Shown here piece by piece: positions 8,657 through 17,396 of a DNA stretch of 64,000 nucleotides. How positions within the stretch are numbered: the stretch's first letter is position 1; each line of letters opens with the position of its first letter. Origin of the DNA: Planctomycetota bacterium (lineage in GTDB: Bacteria; Planctomycetota; UBA1135; UBA2386); the NCBI GenBank assembly GCA_965223545.1, contig OZ245006.1, positions 1,280,001-1,344,000 on the forward strand. Direction: 5' to 3'. The position numbers and the translations under genes were made by a program. Below the pieces are notes generated by a model, which made no database searches, was not told the origin of the DNA, and worked only from the letters and a program-made list of their open reading frames with translations.

Positions 8657-11266
8657 CTAGCGCGTGACGAAGTTGACTAGCCGTCCCGGCACGACGATTT
8701 CCTTGACGATCGTCGCGCCCTCGAGCTGGGCCGCGACGGCCTCGCGTGCGGCGGCCAATACGGCCTGCTGATCGGCCGCTGCCGCGACCGAGACCCGGCC
8801 GCGGACTTTGCCCTTGACCTGGACGACGATCTCGACGGTCTCGTCGACCAACATCTTTGGGTCCGCCGCCGGCCACTCGCAGCGCGCCAAGAGCTCGCCG
8901 CATCCGAGCCGGCTCCAGAGCTCCTCGGCGATGTGCGGCGCGAACGGCGCCAAGATCTGCACGAACCGCCGCAGCTGAGCGCGCGTCAGTGCGTCGCCGG
9001 CCTTGGTGGCGTCGTTGACGAAGATCATCATCGCCGAGATCGCGGTGTTGAACGCCAGACGCTCGATGTCCTTCGTGACCTTGTCGATCGTCTTGTGCAG
9101 GCTGCGCTCGAGTGCGGGGTCCGGGTCGCGGTCGGCCCCCAGGTGGGCGTGCACGACGCCCTGCTCGCTCTCGTCTGGCACCGCCAAGCGCCACGTGCGG
9201 TGCAAGAAGCGCGACACGCCGGGAACGTCCTTGGGGTTCCAAGGCTTCGCGTCGGCGAGCGGCCCCATCGCCATCTCGTACAGCCGCAGCACATCGGCGC
9301 CGTACTCCGCCACCACGTCGTCGGGGTTGACGACGTTGCCGTAGCGCTTGGACATCTTGGTGACGGTCTGCGTCAGCGGCGCACCGGTGTCTGCATGCCG
9401 AAAGCTCCCGCCGTCCTCGACGACCTCGTCCACGGGCACGGTGGCGCCGCGTTCGTCCTGGTAGGCGAAGCTCAGGATCATGCCCTGGTTGTAGAGCACG
9501 CGGAACGGCTCGTCGCAGCCGACCAGGCCGAGGTCGTACAGCACCTTGGTCCAGAACCGCGCGTACAGCAGATGGCCGACCGCGTGCTCGGTGCCGCCGA
9601 TGTAGAGATCCACCGGCATCCAATAGTCGCTCGCCGCGCGGCTGCAGAACTCGGTGTCGTTGTGCGGATCGCAGAAGCGCAGGAAGTACCAGCTCGACCC
9701 CGCCGCTCCCGGCATGGTGTTGATCTCCCGCCGCACCGGCCGCCCCTCGGCGTCGGTCGTGCGCACCCAGTCGGTCGCGCGCGACAGCGGCGACTCGGGC
9801 TGGCCGCCGGGGCGGAAGTCGTCCATCTCCGGCAGCTGCACCGGTAGCTCGTCGGTCGGAACCAGCGACACCGACCCGTTCTCGTGGTGCAGGATCGGGA
9901 ACGGCTCCCCCCAGTAGCGCTGCCGCGAGAAGAGCCAGTCGCGCAGCTTGTAGGTCACCTTGGCACACCCGACTCCGCGCGCCGCCAACCACTCGATGGT
10001 CGCGCTGATCGCCGCGGCCTTGGACGCACCCGTCAGGTCGAGTCCGTCGTCGTTGGCGGAGTTGATGTAGGGCGCCTCTTCTGAGCAACAACGACGGCCT
10101 TCGCGCACCGCGCGATCGGCGTCCGCATCGCCGGTGTCCGGCGCGAAGATCGGCGGCACCGGCAGCCCGAACGCCTGCGCGAACTCGAAGTCGCGCTCGT
10201 CACCAGCGGGCACTGCCATGATGGCACCCGTGCCGTAGGTCGAGATCACGTAGTCGGCGATCCACACCGGCAGCGCGGCGCGCGGATCATCGGGTCCGAA
10301 CAGCGGGTTGAGGGCCATCGCCCCGGTCCACACCCCACTCTTCTCCTTCGCCAAGTCGGTGCGCTCGAGCTCGCTCTTGGTCGCGGCCTGCGCGCGGTAG
10401 GCGTCGACCTGGCCGCGCTGGGCCTCGGTGGTGATCGCCTCGACCAACGGATGCTCCGGCGCCAGCACCATGAACGACGCGCCAAACAGCGTGTCCGGAC
10501 GCGTGGTGAACACACGAATCGACGCATCGTGCCCGCGCACGGCGAAGTCGATCTCCGCGCCCTCGCTCCGCCCGATCCACTCGCGCTGCATGGCCTTGAG
10601 CGAGTCGGCCCACTCCAGCTTGTCGAGGTCGGCGAGCAATCGCTCGGCGTAGTCGGTGATCTTCAGCATCCACTGCCGCAGGGGCCGGCGCTCACAGGGG
10701 TGGTTGCCGCGCTCGCTGTGCCCGTCGACGACCTCGTCGTTCGACAACACCGTACCCAGCGCCTCGCACCACCACACCGGCGCATCCGACTGGTAGGCCA
10801 ACCCCTTCTCGTGCAGCTTGGCGAAGATCCACTGCGTCCACTTGAAGTAATCCGGATCGCAGGTCGCGAACTCCCGCTCCCACTCATAGCTGAAGCCCAG
10901 CGCCTTCAACTGGCGGCGGAAGTTGTCGATGTTCGCGCGCGTCGACGTCGCCGGGTGCACGTTCTGCTGGATGGCGTACTGCTCGGCTGGCAGGCCGAAC
11001 GCGTCCCAGCCCATCGGGTGCAGGACGTTGAAGCCGCGCATGCGCTTGTAGCGCGCGACGATATCGGTCGCGGTGTAGCCCTCGGGATGGCCGACGTGCA
11101 GCCCCGCTCCCGACGGGTACGGAAACATGTCGAGCACGTAGTACTTCGGCGCGGCGGAGTCGAAGTCGGGATCGCCGGGCCCCGGCGCGCGGAACACGCG
11201 CTCCCGCTCCCAGAACGCCTGCCATTTCGGCTCGATCTCGGCGGGTTGGTACGTCTGCTTCCCCAT
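8657..11266 (-). CDS. leuS: Leucine--tRNA ligase
   Basis: YVLDMFPYPSGAGLHVGH (HIGH-type motif), KMSKR (KMSKS-type), CP1 editing motifs FTTRPDTLFG and YGTGAIMAVP. Confidence 0.98.
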   Translation of the reverse strand: MGKQTYQPAEIEPKWQAFWERERVFRAPGPGDPDFDSAAPKYYVLDMFPYPSGAGLHVGHPEGYTATDIVARYKRMRGFNVLHPMGWDAFGLPAEQYAIQQNVHPATSTRANIDNFRRQLKALGFSYEWEREFATCDPDYFKWTQWIFAKLHEKGLAYQSDAPVWWCEALGTVLSNDEVVDGHSERGNHPCERRPLRQWMLKITDYAERLLADLDKLEWADSLKAMQREWIGRSEGAEIDFAVRGHDASIRVFTTRPDTLFGASFMVLAPEHPLVEAITTEAQRGQVDAYRAQAATKSELERTDLAKEKSGVWTGAMALNPLFGPDDPRAALPVWIADYVISTYGTGAIMAVPAGDERDFEFAQAFGLPVPPIFAPDTGDADADRAVREGRRCCSEEAPYINSANDDGLDLTGASKAAAISATIEWLAARGVGCAKVTYKLRDWLFSRQRYWGEPFPILHHENGSVSLVPTDELPVQLPEMDDFRPGGQPESPLSRATDWVRTTDAEGRPVRREINTMPGAAGSSWYFLRFCDPHNDTEFCSRAASDYWMPVDLYIGGTEHAVGHLLYARFWTKVLYDLGLVGCDEPFRVLYNQGMILSFAYQDERGATVPVDEVVEDGGSFRHADTGAPLTQTVTKMSKRYGNVVNPDDVVAEYGADVLRLYEMAMGPLADAKPWNPKDVPGVSRFLHRTWRLAVPDESEQGVVHAHLGADRDPDPALERSLHKTIDKVTKDIERLAFNTAISAMMIFVNDATKAGDALTRAQLRRFVQILAPFAPHIAEELWSRLGCGELLARCEWPAADPKMLVDETVEIVVQVKGKVRGRVSVAAAADQQAVLAAAREAVAAQLEGATIVKEIVVPGRLVNFVTR

Positions 11267-11397
11267 GGCGAACTGGCGGAGGGTCTTAGGTCTGCTGGGC
11301 CCGCCGGCGGCGGGGCGGACATGATCGACGCAGATCGCACAGCACGCCAATACGGATTCGGTTTTGCCCGGGGCGGCGCCCGCCTACCGTCCGGGTC

Positions 11398-11688
11398 ATG
11401 TACGGGCTGAGTGAGCGCGGCTTTCACCTGCTGCTCGGCGGCTTGCTGCTGGGCTCCACCTTCCTCGACCGCGCGGCGCGCGCATTGCTGCCATCGTGGG
11501 ATCCCCCGCAGGTCAGCCTGTTGACCCTGGCCATCGGCCTGATCTGGGTCGCGCTGTTCGCCGCCCACCGCGGCAAGAACCTCGAGGACCGCATGCGGGT
11601 GCTCGAGGACCGGCTCGAGCGCAGCGAGCAACGGGTGGAGATCCACGACGTCGAGCTCGCCCGGCGGCGCCCCGACGCCCACCACTGA
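11398..11688 (+). CDS. Small two-TM membrane protein with a coiled-coil tail
   Basis: Two hydrophobic segments followed by LEDRMRVLEDRLERSE; fills the intergenic gap. Confidence 0.65.
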   Translation: MYGLSERGFHLLLGGLLLGSTFLDRAARALLPSWDPPQVSLLTLAIGLIWVALFAAHRGKNLEDRMRVLEDRLERSEQRVEIHDVELARRRPDAHH

Positions 11689-11747
11689 TTGTGGCGACCG
11701 GCCGCGCCGCCTTGCGACCGCGGCGGCTTCCTTCTTACCCTGCGGCC

Positions 11748-14042
11748 ATGGCACCATCGCTCCGCCTCCTGGCGATCCCGCTCATTGCCCTGTTCGGCGC
11801 GCAAGCCGCGGCGCAGCAGGACGAAGCGCCGCGCGTCATCGTGCTCGGCTTCGACGGCGCCGACCACAACATGGTGCAGCGCTACATCGAGCAGGGCGAG
11901 CTGCCGAACCTCGAGGCGCTGGCCGAGCGCGGCACCCTGTCGCGGCTGGAGACCACCAACCCGGCCGAGTCCGCGGTGTCCTGGTCGACCTTCGGCCGCG
12001 GCCTCAACCCGGGGCGGACGACGATGTTCGGCTTCGTCAGCCGCATGCCGGGCACCTACTTTCCGGAGCTGCGCTTCATGAAGATGGGGGAACGCCCGGC
12101 GTCCGAGTTCTACGGCGGCGATGACGGCATCGGCTTGTGGGTCGGCGCGGCGGCCGGCCTGCTGCTCGGCCTGCTCGGCTTGCGCTTCCTCGGCCTCGGT
12201 GGCGGTGTGGTCGCGGCCGCGCTGCTCGTCGGCGGCGGGGCCTGGCTCGGCAGCACCCTCGGCGGTGACGGCGAGGCCGGCTTCGGCGACGCTCCCGTGC
12301 CGACGCTCGAGCCCGTGGTCGAAGGCAAGCCGCTGTGGAGCCGGCTCGACGAAGCCGGGCTCAGGGTGCGTGGCTTCCTGGTGCCGATGTCGACGCCGGT
12401 GCCCGAGATGCAACACGGCGGCCTCGCCGGCGGCCTCGGCGTTCCCGACGTCGCCGGTCGGCCGATCGGCAGCTACTTCGTGCTGTCCAGTGATCCGGCC
12501 GACACCCCCTTCGGCGATCGCCGCTCGACCGCTTCGCGCGGCCTGGTGTGCAAGCTGCAGGGCGAGGGCGGCCCGCTGACCGCCGAGATCCCGGGCCCGG
12601 TCGACCTCCGCACGCGCGCCGCGGTGCGCGCCGAGTTCGAGGCGGTGAAGGCCGAGCTCGAACAACCCGGCACGACCTCGGCGCGGGCCGCCGAGCTCCG
12701 CGGCCGACACGGCGAGCTCAACGACCGCGAGCGCGAGGGCTACGAGAGCACGGCGACGGTCACGGTCGAGCGCGCCGGCGAAGGCTCGGTCACCGTCACC
12801 ATCGATGGCAAGAAGCAGACCGTCCCCGAAGGCCAGTGGAGCGACTGGATGCCGATGCACTTCGCCTTGCCGGAGCCCCTGGCGACCACCGCGCTGGCGC
12901 GGTTTCGCGTGCTCGAGGCGGGCGAGCACATCAAGCTGTTCTTTCCCGCTCTGGGCTTCGATCCGCGCGCCATTCCACAACACCTGTGCGCGGAGCACCC
13001 GCCGGGTTTCTCCGCCGGCCTCGCCGAGCGCAGCGGGCCCTACGACACCACGGGCTGGGCGTGCATGACCAACCCGCTGAAGGACGAGGAGATCGACGAG
13101 CAGGTGTTCCTCGAGCAGATCCGCCTGCTCACGGCCGAGCGCAAGGCCGTGCTGCTCGAGGAGCTGGCACGCGACGACTACGACTTCTACTTCGCGATGT
13201 TCGGTGAGACCGACCGCGTCCAGCACTTGATGTTCCGGCTGATCGATCCCGAAAACCCGATGTACGACGCCGCGCTGGCGGAGAAGTACGGATCGGCGAT
13301 CCTCGACGCCTACAAGGCCATGGACGACATCGTCGGCGAGGTGATGCAGCGCCACGTCGACGAGCGGACGCACCTGCTGGTGGTCAGCGACCACGGCTTC
13401 ACGTCGTTCCGCCGGCAGATGGCGATCAACACCTGGCTGATCGAGGAGGGCTACTTGGTGCCGCGGCGCGGCGGCACGGATCCCAAGACTCTTCTGCGCC
13501 GCCTGCCGCGCAGCCAACAGGATCAACTGCGTTTCATGGATCCCGCCCGCAGCCGCGCCTTCGCGCTCGGCCTGGGCAAGATCTACATCAATCTGCAGGG
13601 CCGCGAAGCCAACGGCATCGTGCCGCAGAGCGAGTACGAGGCCCTGTGCGAGGAGATCAAGCAGAAGCTCCTCGCGCTGCGCGACCCGCAAGACGGCGCA
13701 CAGGTCGTCAACAAGGTCTGGCGCCACCACGAGCTGTACACCGGCCCCCACGCCGACAAGGACGCCGACCTCTACCTCGGCTTCGCGCCGTACTACCGCA
13801 TCAGCTGGAGCACGACCGTGGGTGGGTTCTCCGCCGAGGTGCTCGAAGACAACGACAACAAGTGGAGCGGCGACCACGCCTCCAACGACCCCGACGTCGT
13901 GCCGGGCATCTTGGTGTCCAACCGGCCGCTGGCCGAGGGACAGACCCCCGCCATCGTCGACATGACCCCCACGATCCTCGGTCTGTTCGGCGTCGATGCC
14001 GGTGGTCTGGACGGCCGAGTGTTGCAGTTCCAGCCGCAGTGA
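11748..14042 (+). CDS. Alkaline phosphatase superfamily / type I phosphodiesterase-nucleotide pyrophosphatase
   Basis: VIVLGFDGAD, PAESAVSWSTF, ETDRVQH, LLVVSDHGF, WSGDH; signal peptide ending AAA-Q. Confidence 0.88.
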   Translation: MAPSLRLLAIPLIALFGAQAAAQQDEAPRVIVLGFDGADHNMVQRYIEQGELPNLEALAERGTLSRLETTNPAESAVSWSTFGRGLNPGRTTMFGFVSRMPGTYFPELRFMKMGERPASEFYGGDDGIGLWVGAAAGLLLGLLGLRFLGLGGGVVAAALLVGGGAWLGSTLGGDGEAGFGDAPVPTLEPVVEGKPLWSRLDEAGLRVRGFLVPMSTPVPEMQHGGLAGGLGVPDVAGRPIGSYFVLSSDPADTPFGDRRSTASRGLVCKLQGEGGPLTAEIPGPVDLRTRAAVRAEFEAVKAELEQPGTTSARAAELRGRHGELNDREREGYESTATVTVERAGEGSVTVTIDGKKQTVPEGQWSDWMPMHFALPEPLATTALARFRVLEAGEHIKLFFPALGFDPRAIPQHLCAEHPPGFSAGLAERSGPYDTTGWACMTNPLKDEEIDEQVFLEQIRLLTAERKAVLLEELARDDYDFYFAMFGETDRVQHLMFRLIDPENPMYDAALAEKYGSAILDAYKAMDDIVGEVMQRHVDERTHLLVVSDHGFTSFRRQMAINTWLIEEGYLVPRRGGTDPKTLLRRLPRSQQDQLRFMDPARSRAFALGLGKIYINLQGREANGIVPQSEYEALCEEIKQKLLALRDPQDGAQVVNKVWRHHELYTGPHADKDADLYLGFAPYYRISWSTTVGGFSAEVLEDNDNKWSGDHASNDPDVVPGILVSNRPLAEGQTPAIVDMTPTILGLFGVDAGGLDGRVLQFQPQ

Positions 14043-14198
14043 CCGGAGTAGTCGGCGGACCGACGCCGGAATCGGCGCACGAGTGACGTTGAGCCGACAG
14101 CTCCTCCCACGGGTCCCTCGCCGCACACCTGTGGGGAATGATCGCAAACCCATAAATGGTCTTGGGTTCCGCGATTCAACCCGGAATATGGGGCCACT

Positions 14199-14214
14199 TG
14201 GCACGCGGTTCGCT
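14199..14214 (+). promoter_or_regulatory. Putative sigma54 (-24/-12) promoter
   Basis: TGGCACGCGGTTCGCT has exact GG-N10-GC spacing and one mismatch to TGGCACG-N4-TTGCW; it sits in a ~370-bp intergenic region. Confidence 0.6.
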
Positions 14215-14222
14215 CCTCCTTC

Positions 14223-14354
14223 TCCCATCGCCTGGGACTCGCAACCTTGGCTCAAACCGAGGACCTCCCCCGGCTCCTCGGTCAGGGGAAGAAGGACCCT
14301 TTGCCCCCCGCACCACCATCCGGTGGTCGCGGGGGGACGCTCGCCAAGCGAGCG
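14223..14354 (+). ncRNA. Candidate structured sRNA or 5' leader (unclassified)
   Basis: Four hairpins directly downstream of the sigma54-type promoter, at 14223-14237, 14256-14282, 14304-14336 and 14338-14354. Confidence 0.35.
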
Positions 14355-14413
14355 CTATCATCGGCGCTTTGCCAGAGGCGGCCGCTGACTGCCGCCGCCT
14401 CGGAGGAAGCCCG

Positions 14414-17371
14414 ATGCGCATCGCCCGCCGCGCCAGCCTGGCGCTCCCCTGGACCCTCCTGCTCGGCTGCGGCGAGACCGTCGAACCCAGCGCTCCAACG
14501 GCCGGCGGCGCGGCCGCGTCCGATGTGGCTCCGACACGGGTCCGCTTGTTCGACCTCATCGAGCCGGGCTCGCTCTCCTTCGATGCACCCCCGCCCCGCG
14601 CGGCCCGCGCCGCGGAGCGAGTCGTGTTGGTCAGCGGCGCGGCCGACGACCCGGCGCCGTGGTTCGCGAGCAGCGACGGCAATCGACCGACCTACACACA
14701 AGAGCTCGGTGCGCAGATGACCCGCACCGCCGATGGCGGCGTCGAAGGCGGCGCGCTCCGGCTCGGCCCCGGCGTGGCGCGCGACCGCAGCTACGCGGTG
14801 CTGCTGCTGCCGGCGGAGCCCCTGGTGCGCTACACCGTGCGCGGCCGCGTGCGGCTGGCGGACAACCCGCTCGGCGGGGAGGCATCGGCACGCGAAGTCC
14901 TGCAGGTCATCGAACACGAACGCGCCGTCACCGATCCGACCCGCACCCGCCGCAGTCGTTGGGGCCGCGCGCCGCAACGCCACCGCGTCTCGCGCACCCT
15001 CGATCCATCCGGCTGGGACGCGTTCGAGCTGACGTTCCTATCGCGCCCGCGCACGCGAACGCTGGAGATCCGGCTGCTGCATCGCAGCGGCAACAGCGAG
15101 GCCGCGAGCACCTGGTACGATGCCGTCGAGGTCGAGCAGCAGCCTGTCTCGGAGCCGGAGATGTACGAGTTCCTCCGCGCGCGCTACGCCCCGCGCGACG
15201 GCCAAGAGGACCTGACGCCGTGGCGGCTGCGCGTCGCACTCGGCGTGCCCGACCCCGACACCGGCCGGCCGCGCGCGCGCCGCGAGTACCGCGACGCCAT
15301 GCTGCTGCCGCCGCCGCGCCGGCTCGCGCTGTCCGTGCGGCTCCCGCCGGCGGCGACCCGGCCGCAGCTGCACTTCCACTACGGGATGCTGCCGGAGAGC
15401 CATGGGCTGGACGGGGACGGTGCGGTTCTCCGCGTCGGTTTCCGGGCCGACGACGCCGCCGCCGAAGAGCCGATCGGCAGCGTGCGGTTCGACCCCAAGA
15501 ACGACCCGCAGCACCGCGACTGGCTCACCGCGAGCATGGATCTGACCACGGTGGCCGGCGAGGACGGGCAGCGCGGCGTGCTGTCGTTCTGGGCCGAGGA
15601 CATCGAGGACAGCGAAACCGACGTGCTGGACGCGGTGCTGCTGTCCACACCGCGCATCGCGCCCGCCGAGCAAACGGGCAGCGGGCTGAACGTGCTCTTG
15701 ATCGGCGTCGACACGTTGCGCGCCGACCGAATGAGCGCGTTCGGCTACGAGCGCGACACGACACCGCACCTGCGTGTGCTCGCCGAGCGCGCCACGCTGT
15801 TCCCCCACACCCTGTGCCAGGCGCCGTGGACCCTGCCGTCGTTCTCCACCATCTTCACGTCGATGTATCCTTCGGCGCACGGCGCCGGCCGCGGCGGGCA
15901 CGATGAGTGGACGCCGATCGACCCGACGACCACCGCGCTGGCCGAGATCTTGAGCCGCGCCGGCTACGTCACCCAGGGGGTGACCGCCAACCACCTGATC
16001 TCACCCAGCTACGGCCTCGACCAGGGGTTCGGCGCCTACCGCATCCCCGAGGGTTGGAGCATGGAATCGGCAGCGGGCGACAAGCAGCACGTCATCGCGT
16101 TGCTGCGCGAGTTCCGCTCCACGCCGTTCTTCCTGTTCTGGCACATCATGGACCCGCACCTGCCCTACACGACGGAAGACGGCTTCCGCGAGGAGTTCAC
16201 CGCGGCGGACTACGAGGGGCGGTTCAAGGGTTCACGCGGCTATCAGGTGCCGTTCCAGGTGCTCGACCCACGACCTGGGCGACGGTGGTACACCCACGAG
16301 GGACCGCCGCCGGCGCCGGCGCTCGCCGAGGACGACGAGCGGTTCGTGCACGACTACTACGACGCCGAGATCGCCGAGACCGACGCCGCGATCGGCGCGG
16401 TGCTGACCGCACTCGATGAACTCGGCCTGGCCGAACGCACGATCATCGCCCTGGTCGCCGACCACGGTGAGGGGCTGGGCGAGCACAAGCACTACCACCA
16501 CGGCTACACCCTGTTCGAGGACCAGGTCCGCATCCCCATGTTGGTGGCGGTGCCCGGCCAGAGCCGCCGCGTCATCGAACGGCCGGTCGGCGCCATCGAC
16601 CTCGCTCCCACTCTGCTGGGCGCGCTCGGGCTGCCGATTCCGTCGACCTTCGAGGGAGTCGACCGGTTGGCGGCCGACGCGCCGGAAGACGATCCGGTGT
16701 TGATGGAGTACCCGACCTACGACAGCTCGGCGCAGAAGGCATACGTGCGCGGCAGTCTGAAGTATCTGCACGATCCGGTGTTCCACACCGAGGCCCTGTT
16801 CGACGTGGCGGCGGATCCGCTCGAGACGCAAGACGTGCGCGCGGCGCATCCAGAATTCGTCGCCGAGGCGCGCGCCGCCCTCGACCGCTTCCGGTGGGCG
16901 CAGCTGCAGAAGGGGCGCTTCCACCTGCGCTTGGTCGGCAAGAAGGGACAGAGGCTGCGGCTGAAGCTGCGCACCGACGATCTCTTCGACGCCAACTTTG
17001 CCAGCCGCCCGTCCATCGATGAGCACGACTTCACCATGGACTTGGGGCGCACCACTCTCGAGCTCGACACCGAGCTGAGCACCGGCCCACTCGAGCTGGT
17101 GTTCTGGTGCCGGGGCCGCGAGATGCAGCTCGAGGCGACGCTCGACGGCACGGCGCTGGCCGGGCTGGCGTTGGGCCCCGACGCCGTCGCGATCCCACTG
17201 CCGGCCACGCTCGAGCTCAATGCGATCCCGGAGCTGCACACCAGTCAGGTCGGCGCCCCTGCCACCGGCGAGCTGCTGCTGTGGCTCGAAGCCGGCGCCT
17301 CGCACGTGCTACCGGTGGTGCCGACCCCCGAGGAAGTCGAGCACCTGAAAGCGCTCGGCTACACCAAGTAG
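14414..17371 (+). CDS. Large sulfatase-like lipoprotein with N-terminal carbohydrate-binding-like beta domains
   Basis: GGAGG RBS; lipobox LLLGC; NVLLIGVDTLRAD, QAPWTLPSFSTIFT, HIMDPHLPY, ADHGEG, HHGYTLFEDQVRIP. Confidence 0.88.
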   Translation: MRIARRASLALPWTLLLGCGETVEPSAPTAGGAAASDVAPTRVRLFDLIEPGSLSFDAPPPRAARAAERVVLVSGAADDPAPWFASSDGNRPTYTQELGAQMTRTADGGVEGGALRLGPGVARDRSYAVLLLPAEPLVRYTVRGRVRLADNPLGGEASAREVLQVIEHERAVTDPTRTRRSRWGRAPQRHRVSRTLDPSGWDAFELTFLSRPRTRTLEIRLLHRSGNSEAASTWYDAVEVEQQPVSEPEMYEFLRARYAPRDGQEDLTPWRLRVALGVPDPDTGRPRARREYRDAMLLPPPRRLALSVRLPPAATRPQLHFHYGMLPESHGLDGDGAVLRVGFRADDAAAEEPIGSVRFDPKNDPQHRDWLTASMDLTTVAGEDGQRGVLSFWAEDIEDSETDVLDAVLLSTPRIAPAEQTGSGLNVLLIGVDTLRADRMSAFGYERDTTPHLRVLAERATLFPHTLCQAPWTLPSFSTIFTSMYPSAHGAGRGGHDEWTPIDPTTTALAEILSRAGYVTQGVTANHLISPSYGLDQGFGAYRIPEGWSMESAAGDKQHVIALLREFRSTPFFLFWHIMDPHLPYTTEDGFREEFTAADYEGRFKGSRGYQVPFQVLDPRPGRRWYTHEGPPPAPALAEDDERFVHDYYDAEIAETDAAIGAVLTALDELGLAERTIIALVADHGEGLGEHKHYHHGYTLFEDQVRIPMLVAVPGQSRRVIERPVGAIDLAPTLLGALGLPIPSTFEGVDRLAADAPEDDPVLMEYPTYDSSAQKAYVRGSLKYLHDPVFHTEALFDVAADPLETQDVRAAHPEFVAEARAALDRFRWAQLQKGRFHLRLVGKKGQRLRLKLRTDDLFDANFASRPSIDEHDFTMDLGRTTLELDTELSTGPLELVFWCRGREMQLEATLDGTALAGLALGPDAVAIPLPATLELNAIPELHTSQVGAPATGELLLWLEAGASHVLPVVPTPEEVEHLKALGYTK

Positions 17372-17396
17372 GCGCGGGCGCGGCGCAGCCGCGCAC

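Noticed and set aside
11424..14255. Long antisense ORFs (943 aa here; also 37270..40266, 59179..61380, 23717..25531, 8040..10091 and others)
   Set aside because: Shadow frames typical of ~70% GC DNA; they overlap motif-supported genes and contain no recognisable domains.
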